From: an uncultured Gammaproteobacteria bacterium
GTDB lineage: Bacteria > Pseudomonadota > Gammaproteobacteria > CAVZZX01
Direction of reading: 5' to 3'
DNA length: 64,000 bases
Assembly: GCA_963779865.1 (NCBI GenBank)
Contig: CAVZZX010000003.1
Location: 1,924,429-1,988,428, forward strand
This document shows positions 29,894 through 39,597 of the stretch, in pieces (the stretch's first letter is position 1; every line of letters begins with the position of its first letter). The notes beneath the pieces were generated by a model. That model made no database searches and was not told where the DNA came from. It saw nothing but the letters and a program-made list of their open reading frames with translations. The position numbers were made by a program, and so were the translations under genes.

Positions 29894-31357
29894 ATGTTCA
29901 TTCCGCTCCACCGCAAGCTGGACCTGCGCAACCCGCCACTGGCCACCGTCGCCCTGATTTTGGCCAACCTTGCGGTATTCCTGTTCTGGCAGCACAACGA
30001 TGCCGCCCTGGAGCAGGCCGCGGTCGACTACTACCTGCATTCGGATCTGCCGGCGCAGGAGCTGCCGCGCTACCGCGACTACCTCCGGCACCATGCCGAG
30101 CAGGGCCCGGCCGCAGGACAGTCTGCGCTGCTCCTGCAGCGGATGCTCGCCGACGCCCCGTTCATGGCCGCGCTGCGCGACGGTGCGCTAGTCACGCCCC
30201 GGGCCCCCGGCTATGCACAGTGGCAGCGCCAGCGCGCGCAGTTCGAGGCGCTGCTGCAGCAATCCACCGCCTGGCGCTACGGCCTCAAGCCGGCGGCGCT
30301 CTCGCCCGCGGCACTGGGCCTGCACATGTTCCTGCACGCCGATCTGCCCCATCTGCTCGGCAACATGCTGTTCCTGTTCCTGTTCGGATTCGTGCTCGAG
30401 GGGGTGCTCGGCTGGCGCCTGCTGCTCGGCGTCTACCTGCTCGCCGGGCTCGCCTCGGCCGGCGTCGACATCCTGGTGCGGCCCGACAGCCTCGCCCCCG
30501 GGATAGGCGCCTCGGGCGCCATCGCCGGGCTGGCCGGCGTCTATACGGCCCTGTTCGGGCGCCGCCGCATCCACTTCTTCGTGGCGCTGGGGGTGTATTT
30601 CGATTACGTCCGTGCGCCCGCGGTGGTGCTGCTGCCGGTGTGGCTTGCCTACGAGGGACTGCTGCAGGTTCTGGCGCCGGGGGCGAGCAATCGCATGGTC
30701 CACATCGGCGGCCTGCTCGCCGGCGCCGCCATTGGCCTGGGTGCCCGCCACCTGCTCTCCGAGCGCGGCCACGACACGCTGGAGGCCGAGGCGAAACGCG
30801 ACGCCCGCAACCGGCAATATACCGAAGCGCTCGATCTGATCGCCGACATGGAGCTGGACGCGGCGCGCCGCCTGCTCGAAGAGCTCCATGCGCGCGACCC
30901 CGCCGACCGTGACGTGCTGCTCCAGCTCTATCACATTGCCCGCTTTGACCCGAGCTCGGCCGCCTATCACGACTATACGCACCGGCTGCTGGCCCTGCCG
31001 GGCAGCGACCCCTCGACTCTGCGCCTGGCGCACGACATCTACGAGGAATACATCCGCGATGCCCGGCCCGCGTTCCGCTTCACCGGCGGCGACCTGCTCG
31101 GGCTCGCCATCCGCTTCGCCGGCGGCGGCTATGCCGCGAGTGCCGAACGCATCGTCGCCTGGTTCCTGCAGCACCGACGCGAGCATCCGCGCAATGCCGA
31201 AGCCCTGCTCGCGCTCGCTGGCGGCTTTCGCCGCGAGGGTGACGAGGACAAGCACACCCGGGCGCTCGAGCTGCTGATGCGGCTCTACCCGGAAAGCCCG
31301 CAGGCATTGCTGGTGCGTACCGGCACGCGTGAGCCGGCCGGCTCAGGCGCTGCGTGA
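29894..31357 (+). CDS. Rhomboid family intramembrane serine protease with C-terminal TPR-like domain
   Basis: Rhomboid GxSG (GASGAIAG) and downstream His in TM helices; soluble helical C-terminal region. Confidence 0.65.
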   Translation: MFIPLHRKLDLRNPPLATVALILANLAVFLFWQHNDAALEQAAVDYYLHSDLPAQELPRYRDYLRHHAEQGPAAGQSALLLQRMLADAPFMAALRDGALVTPRAPGYAQWQRQRAQFEALLQQSTAWRYGLKPAALSPAALGLHMFLHADLPHLLGNMLFLFLFGFVLEGVLGWRLLLGVYLLAGLASAGVDILVRPDSLAPGIGASGAIAGLAGVYTALFGRRRIHFFVALGVYFDYVRAPAVVLLPVWLAYEGLLQVLAPGASNRMVHIGGLLAGAAIGLGARHLLSERGHDTLEAEAKRDARNRQYTEALDLIADMELDAARRLLEELHARDPADRDVLLQLYHIARFDPSSAAYHDYTHRLLALPGSDPSTLRLAHDIYEEYIRDARPAFRFTGGDLLGLAIRFAGGGYAASAERIVAWFLQHRREHPRNAEALLALAGGFRREGDEDKHTRALELLMRLYPESPQALLVRTGTREPAGSGAA

Positions 31358-32764
31358 CACCGAATCGATGAGGTCGCGATAGGCACGGACCTCGGCCGCC
31401 AGGGGATGGTGCGCATAGCGTACGAGCACGAAGTCGAGCACCCGGCGCGCCTGCTGATCCTGCCCGTACTTGTCGCACATCAGGTGCGCCGCCAGCAGAT
31501 AGGCGCCGGGGGTCTCCGGGCTGTCCGGGTACGCCTGGTGGAAATTGCTGAGCAGGCCCAGTGCCGAGCGCGGATCGCCGCTCGCCACGAAGGCCTCGGC
31601 CAGGCGCACCGCAGCGCGCGCGCCGAGCGGCTTGCAGGCGGCGTCCGCCGCGGCGCAGTCCCGGTAGACCGCCATGGCCCGCCGCGTGCGCCGTTCCAGC
31701 AGCAGCCGCGTGACGTAATCGCGCCCGTGCGCCACCAGCCGCTGCGGCTCGGCCCGCACGCACAACAGCTTGTGCAAGCGATCGCGCAGTACGAAGTCGG
31801 TGGGCGCCGCACGCGCGCCCTGCTCGAGCACGTGCAGCGCCTCCGCGTAACGTCCCTCCTTGACCAGCACCTCCGCCTGCCTCAGCACGGGGCTGCCCTG
31901 CGGGGCCTCGTCCGCCGCCTCGACTGCGCCGGGGTCGACCTCCACCGCATGGCCGAGCTGCTCGTGATACTGGTACACCACATAGCCCATCATCGCGAAC
32001 ATGACGAGGCAGAAGTACATCGCGATGAGGCTGTACGCGGGCGGCAGCGCCCACGCGGGCCGCATGCCGGCGAACAGCTCGGCGGCCGCCGACGAACCGA
32101 GCAGCAACAGCGCGATGAACAGGCACAGGATGAAGTACGGCGCGCCGATGCGGGCGATGAAGGTGCCCAGGGTGAGCGGATTGAAGGCGCGGAAGAAGCT
32201 GCGCTCCACCGCGAGCACCATGACACTGGCCGGCAGCGCGAGGACCGTCAGGCCCAGGCCGACCCCGTAGGCGATGCGGCCGAACAGGTCGAATATCGCA
32301 AAGTTCGCAAACGCCAGCACGAAGAACACCAGCACCTGCTTGAACGGCAGTTCCAACTCCCCGGCCAGCGAGGCCCCGGCAAGCCCCGGCGGGTCCGCGT
32401 GGCCCGCGGCGACCCGCTCCAGGGCCGCATAGGCGTACTTCATAAAGCCGAAACCCACGACAAGCATCACCACGAAACCGAGCACGTCCACCTGCGAGAG
32501 CAGGGTCAGGGCGGCGAACAACAGCAGCATCCCGAGGCTCGCCGGATGCAGGGGATAGGCGAAGAACGTGGGCAGCCGATGCCAGAACGGCTCGATCGCG
32601 TTGCCCGCGCCCAGCGGCTCGAGCGCCCGGGCGCACACCGGGCAGGCGGGCGCCTGCTCATGCGGCGCCTGGTGAATGCAACGCGGGCAGTAATTAATGT
32701 GACAGGCGCGGCACACCCAGCGCGCGGGGGCGTCGGGGTGATACTTGCACGTGACGGTCGACAT
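31343..32764 (-). CDS. Membrane protein with N-terminal Cys-rich zinc-finger and C-terminal TPR-like region
   Basis: CKYH...CRAC...CPRC...CPVC Cys cluster, several TM helices, helical repeats at C-terminus. Confidence 0.45.
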   Translation of the reverse strand: MSTVTCKYHPDAPARWVCRACHINYCPRCIHQAPHEQAPACPVCARALEPLGAGNAIEPFWHRLPTFFAYPLHPASLGMLLLFAALTLLSQVDVLGFVVMLVVGFGFMKYAYAALERVAAGHADPPGLAGASLAGELELPFKQVLVFFVLAFANFAIFDLFGRIAYGVGLGLTVLALPASVMVLAVERSFFRAFNPLTLGTFIARIGAPYFILCLFIALLLLGSSAAAELFAGMRPAWALPPAYSLIAMYFCLVMFAMMGYVVYQYHEQLGHAVEVDPGAVEAADEAPQGSPVLRQAEVLVKEGRYAEALHVLEQGARAAPTDFVLRDRLHKLLCVRAEPQRLVAHGRDYVTRLLLERRTRRAMAVYRDCAAADAACKPLGARAAVRLAEAFVASGDPRSALGLLSNFHQAYPDSPETPGAYLLAAHLMCDKYGQDQQARRVLDFVLVRYAHHPLAAEVRAYRDLIDSVSRSA

Positions 32765-33071
32765 CGGATCGAAGCAGGCTCCCGCACCCTGCGGCCGCAG
32801 GCCGCCTGGAGCGGCGCGGCGCGGAGCAGGTTGATATGACGTGTCAGCGCCGGCGGCCCCTTGCGGCAGCGCGCCGCCTCGTGAGGCCGTGCAGCGCCCA
32901 GGCCACGACAGTGCCGCGCTGACTGCCCGCAGTGGCAGCGCCCTACTATAAACGCTGCGCAACCGGGGTGCACGGGGAACAGGGTGGGAGGAACTGGCGC
33001 CGAGCCGGGCCCCCGCCGCGCTGACGGGCGGGCCCGCTCCGCGCGGCGGGGGGAAGCTGTGCGGCCGAGGG

Positions 33072-33311
33072 TTACGCCACGCTCACGGCGTGGCGAGGCG
33101 GACAGTGGCTGTCGGGCAGCCGCGCCAGGAGCTCTGCGCTGAGCCGATCGAGCGCCGCGGCGTCCATCGCCTGCAGCTCGAGCGTGCTGCGCAGATCGTG
33201 AGCGGCGGCCACGCTCGCCAGCGAGGGTTCATGGAAGCGGATGCCGGGGTAACGCTTGCGCGCCTTCACGTGGATGAGAATCTTCACTGCGTCGCTTTCA
33301 CAAAAGCACAT
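33072..33311 (-). CDS. Hypothetical small protein
   Basis: 80-aa ORF with high GC3; no motif recognised. Confidence 0.3.
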   Translation of the reverse strand: MCFCESDAVKILIHVKARKRYPGIRFHEPSLASVAAAHDLRSTLELQAMDAAALDRLSAELLARLPDSHCPPRHAVSVA

Positions 33312-33432
33312 GGCTCGTCCCTCCCGTTCGGTGACGATCTTGACCGTAGATCCGGCACCGGTGCTGCGCAAGCGCAACGGCACGTCGCGACTATACTTGC
33401 GCCGATCATCGCACCGAGCTGTGGAGGCCGAC

Positions 33433-33675
33433 ATGGACATCGAAATGGTGGACGTCACGCTGCATTTTGCGGACCCGCTGGAGCGCGAGCGCCTGCAGGC
33501 GCTGGAGGACGGAGTGCATCGCCTTCAGGGCGTGGTCAGCACCCACGTGTCGAAGGACAACCCGCGCATGATGATGGTGGAGCTCAACCCGCGGCAAACG
33601 AGCGACCGCGCCGTGCTCGAGTACGTGCAGGGCCAGGGGGTCACGGCCGAGCTCACCGTGCCCGCGCATCTGTAG
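33433..33675 (+). CDS. Small HMA-like (ferredoxin-fold) protein lacking CxxC
   Basis: 80 aa; ggagg RBS; pattern shared with ORF at 52288-52518. Confidence 0.4.
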   Translation: MDIEMVDVTLHFADPLERERLQALEDGVHRLQGVVSTHVSKDNPRMMMVELNPRQTSDRAVLEYVQGQGVTAELTVPAHL

Positions 33676-33771
33676 GGCGGCCCGCGCAGCGCCGGCCGCC
33701 GTTGGACCGGAGCTTGTCAGGGCCGCGCAGAGTGGCCATCCTGCCGGCAGGCAACCACGAGGAGAAACTGC

Positions 33772-34134
33772 ATGCCGCAGGATGGGAGCGAAGACATCTA
33801 CATCGAGAACGCCGCCGGCGAGCGCAAACGCTTCGACGAAATGGCCCTGATGGTCGCCGCCGCGAGCGACTACAGCGGCCACAAGGAACTCAAGCTCGGC
33901 GCGGCGGGGCCGCCGAGCGAGCTCGCCGGCGCCCCGGGTTACATCTATCGGCGCGGCGAGCTGGCGCTGGTGCTGAGCAAGGAGGAGCTGTTGCGGCTGG
34001 TGTTCTGGGCCCTGCGCCCGGCCGAATACCGCGCCCTGCGCGAACGCCACGGCGCGTTCGCGGAGATCGGCGCGGACAAGTACGACCCGGCCGAGGGCCG
34101 CGCGCTGCAGCCGAAGGTCAAGGTCCCCGAATGA
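33772..34134 (+). CDS. Hypothetical protein
   Basis: 120-aa ORF, gaggag RBS upstream. Confidence 0.4.
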   Translation: MPQDGSEDIYIENAAGERKRFDEMALMVAAASDYSGHKELKLGAAGPPSELAGAPGYIYRRGELALVLSKEELLRLVFWALRPAEYRALRERHGAFAEIGADKYDPAEGRALQPKVKVPE

Positions 34135-34138
34135 GCGC

Positions 34139-34864
34139 CTACCACCACTTCTCGTAGCGGATGCGCTCGCTGGGGATCCCCAGCGACTCGAGCATGAGCG
34201 CGGTCTCCTCGACCATGCCCGGCGGCCCGCACAGGTAGTACAAAGACGCGACGTCGAGCCCGGCTTCCTGCACGGCGGCGGCGTCGATGCGGCCGCGGCG
34301 GCCGGGCCAGCCCGGCGAGGGCTGGCTGACGGTGATCAACAGCCGGATACGCTCGCGTTCGGACGCCAGGCGCTCGAGCTCCTCGCGGAACAGAATCTCC
34401 TCCGCAACGGCGACCCCATAGAGCAGCGTGGCATCCACCTCGGGCGCCGCCTCGGCCACGTAGCGCAGGATGCTCAGCATCGGCGTCACGCCAATCCCCG
34501 CCCCGATCAGCACCAGGCGCTCGGCCATCCCCTCCCGGAAATAGAACTCGCCGCTGCCTTGCGAGATCCATACGCGGTCGCCGACCCGGGCGCGCGCATG
34601 CAGAAAATGGGTCAGCGCATGGGAATCCGAATACTTGATCGCCAGTTCAATACTGCCGCGCCGCAAGGGGCTGGAGGTCATCGAGTAGCCGCCGACCCGC
34701 AGCTCGCCCCCGATTTCGGCATACAGGTCGATCCATTGGCCGGCCAGGAACTCGAAGGGCGCCTCGCCATAGTCGATGACGAAGCTCTTGATGGTGGGGG
34801 TCTCCTGCCGGATCTCGGCGATGCGTGCGGGTATTCTCACAAATTCCACTCGGGCAATGCGCAT
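34139..34864 (-). CDS. Ferredoxin-NADP reductase-like FAD/NAD(P)-binding oxidoreductase
   Basis: FAD-binding RxYS-like (GGYSMTS), NAD-binding LIGAGIGVTP, C-terminal CGPPGM. Confidence 0.7.
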   Translation of the reverse strand: MRIARVEFVRIPARIAEIRQETPTIKSFVIDYGEAPFEFLAGQWIDLYAEIGGELRVGGYSMTSSPLRRGSIELAIKYSDSHALTHFLHARARVGDRVWISQGSGEFYFREGMAERLVLIGAGIGVTPMLSILRYVAEAAPEVDATLLYGVAVAEEILFREELERLASERERIRLLITVSQPSPGWPGRRGRIDAAAVQEAGLDVASLYYLCGPPGMVEETALMLESLGIPSERIRYEKWW

Positions 34865-35003
34865 GGGCGCCGCGGCGAACAGCTCCGCGGTCCGCGGCCA
34901 AAGCGCCATTCTAGCGCACATGCCGGCCCGGATTCAGGCGCCCTGGCGACCGGCGGCGCTTTTGCCTATCCTGTGGGCGCACATCCACGGCACTGCGACG
35001 CCC

Positions 35004-35504
35004 ATGGCCGACTCCGAGCACGACAAACCCACACGCTATCGCGGTGCACCGCACCGGGGTCCGCAGCATCAGGCCCCCTACCCGGTCAGCCGCATGGCTC
35101 CCGCGGTCGACCTGGTGGATATGGCGCGCGAGATCGCCCAGGCGGACGCGATGGTGAACACCCGGGTGTCGGCCAAGCTCGAGGTGATCGCCGAGCAGAT
35201 CCGCACCCTGCAGCGCCAGGCGCGCGAGGTGCTCGAGCAGGCGGCCCGCGACCGCGATCTGCACCGCGCCGACTGTCGCTTCAAACGGGTCCCCGGGCGC
35301 GTCTACCATCTGTACCGGCGCGCGGACGCGTCCTGCTACTTCTCCATGTTGGCGCCGGCGGAATGGGGCGGCGATCCGCCGCATGGATATGCCGGGGCCT
35401 ACCGCCTGGAGGCCGATCTGTCCTGGACGCCGGCCGGCGAGCGGGGCCTCGAGGACGAGGGTCGCGAGTTGCTGGCCCGCCTGCTGGGCGAGGATTCGCG
35501 CTAG
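35004..35504 (+). CDS. Hypothetical protein
   Basis: 166-aa ORF in frame with good codon bias; start at MADSEHD. Confidence 0.4.
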   Translation: MADSEHDKPTRYRGAPHRGPQHQAPYPVSRMAPAVDLVDMAREIAQADAMVNTRVSAKLEVIAEQIRTLQRQAREVLEQAARDRDLHRADCRFKRVPGRVYHLYRRADASCYFSMLAPAEWGGDPPHGYAGAYRLEADLSWTPAGERGLEDEGRELLARLLGEDSR

Positions 35505-35629
35505 GCATTCTCCCCTCTCGTGCCCATTCCAGGCATGCGCCCGGCAGCGTGCACGGCGGCCGCCGCGTGTCGGCGCGTCTGCTGTGCTAAGGTGCCGCAG
35601 CACACTCTGAGGCGGCAAGCGGCCGGCGC

Positions 35630-36799
35630 ATGGAACACGACGCACTCGTATTCACCATCTTCCTGGTCTTCACCGGCGCGGCGGGCCTCGCCACCTTCGC
35701 CCTCTATGCGCGCCAGGCGATGCTGGTCGCCTACATCGTGCTGGGCGTGCTCCTGGGGCCCTCCGTGCTGGACCTGGTGCCCCGCCCGGAACTGATCGCC
35801 GACGTTTCCAATATCGGCATCATGTTCCTGCTGTTCCTGCTGGGGCTGAACCTGCACCCGCAAAAGCTGCTGCAGCTGCTGCGCGAGACGCTGGTGGTCA
35901 CCGGCGTGAGTTCGCTCCTGTTCGCGGCCCTGGGGATCGCCGTGGGCAGCGTGCTGGGCCTGAGCTGGACCGAGCGGTTGGTGGTCGGCGCGGCCACCAT
36001 GTTCTCCAGCACCATCATCGGACTCAAGCTGCTGCCCACCAGCGTGCTTCACCACCGCCACACCGGGGAGATCATCATCAGTGTGCTGCTGCTCCAGGAT
36101 CTCATCGCCATCGTGATCCTGTTGCTGCTCCAGGCACTCGGCCACGGCGGTGTGCCGCTATGGGACGCCGGGCGGCTGCTGCTTTCATTGCCGCTGTTGA
36201 TCGGGGTGGCCATCGCGGTGGACCGCTTCGTGCTCGATCCCCTCATGGCGCGCTTCGACACCATTCAGGAGTATCTGTTTCTGCTGGCGATCGGCTGGTG
36301 CCTGGGGGTCGCGGAGCTGGCCGTGCAGCTGGGCCTGTCGCACGAGATCGGCGCCTTCATCGCCGGCGTGGCGCTGGCGACCAGCCCCATCTCCACCTTC
36401 ATTGCCGAAAGCCTCAAACCGCTGCGCGACTTCTTTCTGGTGCTGTTCTTCTTCTCGCTCGGTGCAGGCTTTGACATGCAGACCCTGCCCGCCGTACTCG
36501 TCCCGGCGCTGGTGCTGGCCGCCGCGGCGCTGGTGCTCAAGCCACTGGTCTTCCGGCTGCTGCTGCAGCGCTCGGGGGAGGCACGCCATCGGGCAATGGA
36601 GGTGGGGGTGCGCCTGGGGCAAATCAGCGAGTTCTCGCTGCTGATCGCCGTGCTCGCGCTGGACCTGCACGTGATCGGCGAACGCGCCTCGACGCTGATC
36701 CAGGCCGCGACGCTGCTCACCTTCGTGGCCTCGTCCTACTTCATCGTGCTGCGCTATCCCAGCCCGATGGCGGTGGACGCGCGTCTACGGCGCGACTGA
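35630..36799 (+). CDS. Cation:proton antiporter (CPA family Na+/H+ exchanger)
   Basis: About 11-12 TM helices, Na_H exchanger-like motifs. Confidence 0.8.
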   Translation: MEHDALVFTIFLVFTGAAGLATFALYARQAMLVAYIVLGVLLGPSVLDLVPRPELIADVSNIGIMFLLFLLGLNLHPQKLLQLLRETLVVTGVSSLLFAALGIAVGSVLGLSWTERLVVGAATMFSSTIIGLKLLPTSVLHHRHTGEIIISVLLLQDLIAIVILLLLQALGHGGVPLWDAGRLLLSLPLLIGVAIAVDRFVLDPLMARFDTIQEYLFLLAIGWCLGVAELAVQLGLSHEIGAFIAGVALATSPISTFIAESLKPLRDFFLVLFFFSLGAGFDMQTLPAVLVPALVLAAAALVLKPLVFRLLLQRSGEARHRAMEVGVRLGQISEFSLLIAVLALDLHVIGERASTLIQAATLLTFVASSYFIVLRYPSPMAVDARLRRD

Positions 36800-36835
36800 A
36801 GCGGGGCCGGGGCAGCGCCGCCGGCCCCGTGTGCT

Positions 36836-37318
36836 CTACGCCGCCTTTTGCTTGGTCTTGGTCCGACGCCGCTTCGCCTTGGGTCGATTGAGCGCGGATT
36901 CGGCCTTCGCTGCCGCCTTCTCCAGCGTGGTGAAGCGCTTGGCGCCGTCGCGCAGGGCACGCTCGTTTTCACGCACCTCGGCGAGCTTGGGGCGCTCCTG
37001 CTTCAACTGCTCGGCAATCTTCTTGTAGTCGCGCTCGATGCTGCGCAGCGCCTTGGTGGCTGCGGCCGTCGCCTTGTTCTCCACCCGGGCCTTGGCCTTC
37101 TTGAAACGCTCGGCAAGCTGCTGTCGCTTCTTATTGAGCGCATCGACGTTGCGCTTCTGCACGTTGAGCTCACGCTTCGCCGTGGTGGTCGCCCGCTTGT
37201 AGGCGCGCTCCACGTCCTGGCGCAGACGGGCCAGGTCTTTTTCCATCGCGTCGATGTCGGTGCGGGTCGGTGCGGGTTTGGCCTTTCGCGCTGCGGTCTT
37301 TTTCTTTCGCACTGCCAT
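36836..37318 (-). CDS. Basic Lys/Ala-rich coiled-coil protein (histone H1-like)
   Basis: Highly basic, K/R/A-rich, predicted coiled coil; start at MAVRKKK. Confidence 0.45.
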   Translation of the reverse strand: MAVRKKKTAARKAKPAPTRTDIDAMEKDLARLRQDVERAYKRATTTAKRELNVQKRNVDALNKKRQQLAERFKKAKARVENKATAAATKALRSIERDYKKIAEQLKQERPKLAEVRENERALRDGAKRFTTLEKAAAKAESALNRPKAKRRRTKTKQKAA

Positions 37319-37472
37319 GCGGTGTTCCCCGTCGTTGTGTTTTCTCAATGAGTGCGTGTTCCCTCTCCCGAGCTGCCGTCCCTTGCCGCCGCAGCACTGC
37401 TGCGCCGCAACGTTGCAGCGCCTACTTTAATACATCGAGCCCGATATTCCACCCTCGCTGCGCGACACGCGA

Positions 37473-38462
37473 TCACGGGTCGCCGTCGTCGTCAGCCCAA
37501 CGCACCACGCGCAGAGGGATCTCGCGCGGGTGAATGTGTTCCTCGGAGAACACGCGCCCGCGCACCGAGATGCCCGCTTCGTGGACGCTGTTCGGGTCGC
37601 GCGTGAGCAGTGGGTGCCAACCGCTGAGGTCGCGCCCTTCGCTGATCCGCCGATAGGCGCACGAGGGCGGCAGACGCGCCAGCAGATCCGTGCGCTGCGG
37701 CTTCAACACCATGCAATCGGAAACCCTGCGGGTGCGCGCCACGTAATCGCCGCAGCGAGCGCTGTCGCCATCGAGCAGACGGCAGGCGACATCGGTGCGC
37801 AGGATGCGGCCGTCGCTCTCGTCTTCGAAGGTATGCACGCAGCAGCGGCCGCAGCCGTCACAAAGCGACTCCCACTCCGTGGGGCTCATCTCCTCGAGCG
37901 ATTTGTGCCGCCAGAAGGTTTCCGATTCCCCCATCGCCGGTTCGCTCACGCCCGGCTCGTGCTCGAGCAGCGCGAATGCGCGCCGCGCGCGGCGCACGTC
38001 GGGGTCCACCCGTGTCGTGACCGCCTCGATCGCCGCCAGATAGTCGGCCGGAAAGCCATGCACCCGCGCGCCGTGCAGCACCAGTGCCCGGTACCATGAG
38101 AAGGGCTGCAAGTGCGGCTCGATATGGCTGGGCTCGGCGATGTAGGCGAAGGCCTGCAACGATCGGCCTTGCGCGTCCGCCACGGTCAACTCGCGAACGG
38201 CATAGCCCGCCCCTTCCGCGCGGTCCAGGGCGGCCTTCTCCTCAAGGGCGATCTCGTACACCACGCCATGCACGCGGTGCTGCGCAGCGCCGGTAAAGCA
38301 GGCGTCGCCCTTGCCCGAGCCGTCCGCCCCGCGCTTGTGGAAGGCCAGACGATAGCCGGGCAGGGTGGCGCGCACCGCCACGCGGCACGAGGGGGTGCGC
38401 GCGCGCAGTCGCGGGGGCAGCAGGTTCGAGCCATAGGCGAAGTAGTTCAACGTGCGACCCAT
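37473..38462 (-). CDS. Fusion protein: gamma-glutamyl cyclotransferase-like (AIG2/GGCT) domain + YcgN (UPF0260) Cys-rich domain
   Basis: N-term YFAYGSNL (GGCT fold); C-term LCDGCGRCC...VACRLLD...CGDY resembling E. coli YcgN. Confidence 0.6.
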   Translation of the reverse strand: MGRTLNYFAYGSNLLPPRLRARTPSCRVAVRATLPGYRLAFHKRGADGSGKGDACFTGAAQHRVHGVVYEIALEEKAALDRAEGAGYAVRELTVADAQGRSLQAFAYIAEPSHIEPHLQPFSWYRALVLHGARVHGFPADYLAAIEAVTTRVDPDVRRARRAFALLEHEPGVSEPAMGESETFWRHKSLEEMSPTEWESLCDGCGRCCVHTFEDESDGRILRTDVACRLLDGDSARCGDYVARTRRVSDCMVLKPQRTDLLARLPPSCAYRRISEGRDLSGWHPLLTRDPNSVHEAGISVRGRVFSEEHIHPREIPLRVVRWADDDGDP

Positions 38463-39487
38463 TCGTCCTCCTCCAGAACACGTGTCTCGCCGTGCCGCAA
38501 AACCTGAAACTCCTCGGGCGCGAGACCGGCGGCTTGCGCCGCGGCGCGCAGCCGCTTCGGAGGTTCATCCAGCGGCTCGTCGGTCAGGGGAAAGGTCCCC
38601 CAGTGAATGCCGACCGAGCGACGGCTGCGCAGATCACAATGCACCTGAACCGCCTCCTCGGGGTCCATGTGATGGGCACGCATGAACCAACGCGGTGCAT
38701 AGGCGCCGATGGGAATGGCGGCCAGGTCGAAGGGCCCCAGGCGGCGTCCGATATCGGCAAAATCCGGAGAATACCCCGAGTCGCCCGCGAACAGGAAACG
38801 CAAGCCATCGACGCTGGCCGCCCAGCCACTCCACAGGCTGCCGTTGCTCGAAAAAGGTGTCCGCTTGCTCCAATGCTGCACCGGCACCGGCATGATGCGC
38901 AGGCCGCGATGAGTCGTGCCCTGCCACCAGTCGAGCTCGATCACTTCATCGATGCCGCGCCGCGCAAACCAGCGCTTGAGCCCGAGGGGCACGAAGAACA
39001 CCGTGCGGCCGCCGCCGCGACGATGCAGCTTGCGGATCGTCGCCGCATCGAGCGAGTCGTAGTGGTCATGGGAGATGAGCACCGCGTCAATGGCGGGCAG
39101 GTCCTCCAGGGCGATCCCCGGGGGCACCACGCGCCGGGGTCCGGCCCACTGCACGGGCGAGGCGCGGCGCGAGAACTGCGGGTCGGTGAGCACGTTGCGC
39201 CCTGCCATCTGCAGCAGCAGGGTGGCATGGCCTATCCAGGTCAGCGTGGTACGTGCCGTGTTTGCCCGCAGCGCCGCAGGATCATTGGCGGCGAGTTCAA
39301 ACCGCGGGGTGGGCGGCGCACCGCGGCCCCGCTGCTCGAGCTTCCAGCGCAGAAAGTCGGCGAAGCCCGGTGGCCGATAGCCGGGGTGCACGTTGCGAAA
39401 GCCGTGCGCGGCGTGATGCGGCAGCGCCGCATCCGGCGAGGGCACGCGGGTGAACAGCTGGCTCACGGAGCCGAACAGATGGCGCAC
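38447..39487 (-). CDS. MBL-fold metallo-hydrolase (NAPE-PLD-like)
   Basis: HxHxDH-type motif ISHDHYDS, FRNVHP N-terminal pattern; GTG start with aagggagg RBS; 16-nt overlap with downstream gene. Confidence 0.7.
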   Translation of the reverse strand: MRHLFGSVSQLFTRVPSPDAALPHHAAHGFRNVHPGYRPPGFADFLRWKLEQRGRGAPPTPRFELAANDPAALRANTARTTLTWIGHATLLLQMAGRNVLTDPQFSRRASPVQWAGPRRVVPPGIALEDLPAIDAVLISHDHYDSLDAATIRKLHRRGGGRTVFFVPLGLKRWFARRGIDEVIELDWWQGTTHRGLRIMPVPVQHWSKRTPFSSNGSLWSGWAASVDGLRFLFAGDSGYSPDFADIGRRLGPFDLAAIPIGAYAPRWFMRAHHMDPEEAVQVHCDLRSRRSVGIHWGTFPLTDEPLDEPPKRLRAAAQAAGLAPEEFQVLRHGETRVLEEDEWVAR

Positions 39488-39597
39488 ACCGAGACCTCCC
39501 TTGGGTGTGAACGGGCCGAAACCTACTGGGTTCGACGGGTTCGGGGGGGCGGGGGTTCCCTCGGCGCGCCTTGGCGGCGGGCACGGCGCGGTCCCGG

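Noticed and set aside
39511-39545. tRNA-like fragment gggttcgacgggttcggggg
   Set aside because: Superficial resemblance to a T-arm only; no acceptor stem or anticodon arm can be formed, and it lies in a short GC-rich spacer
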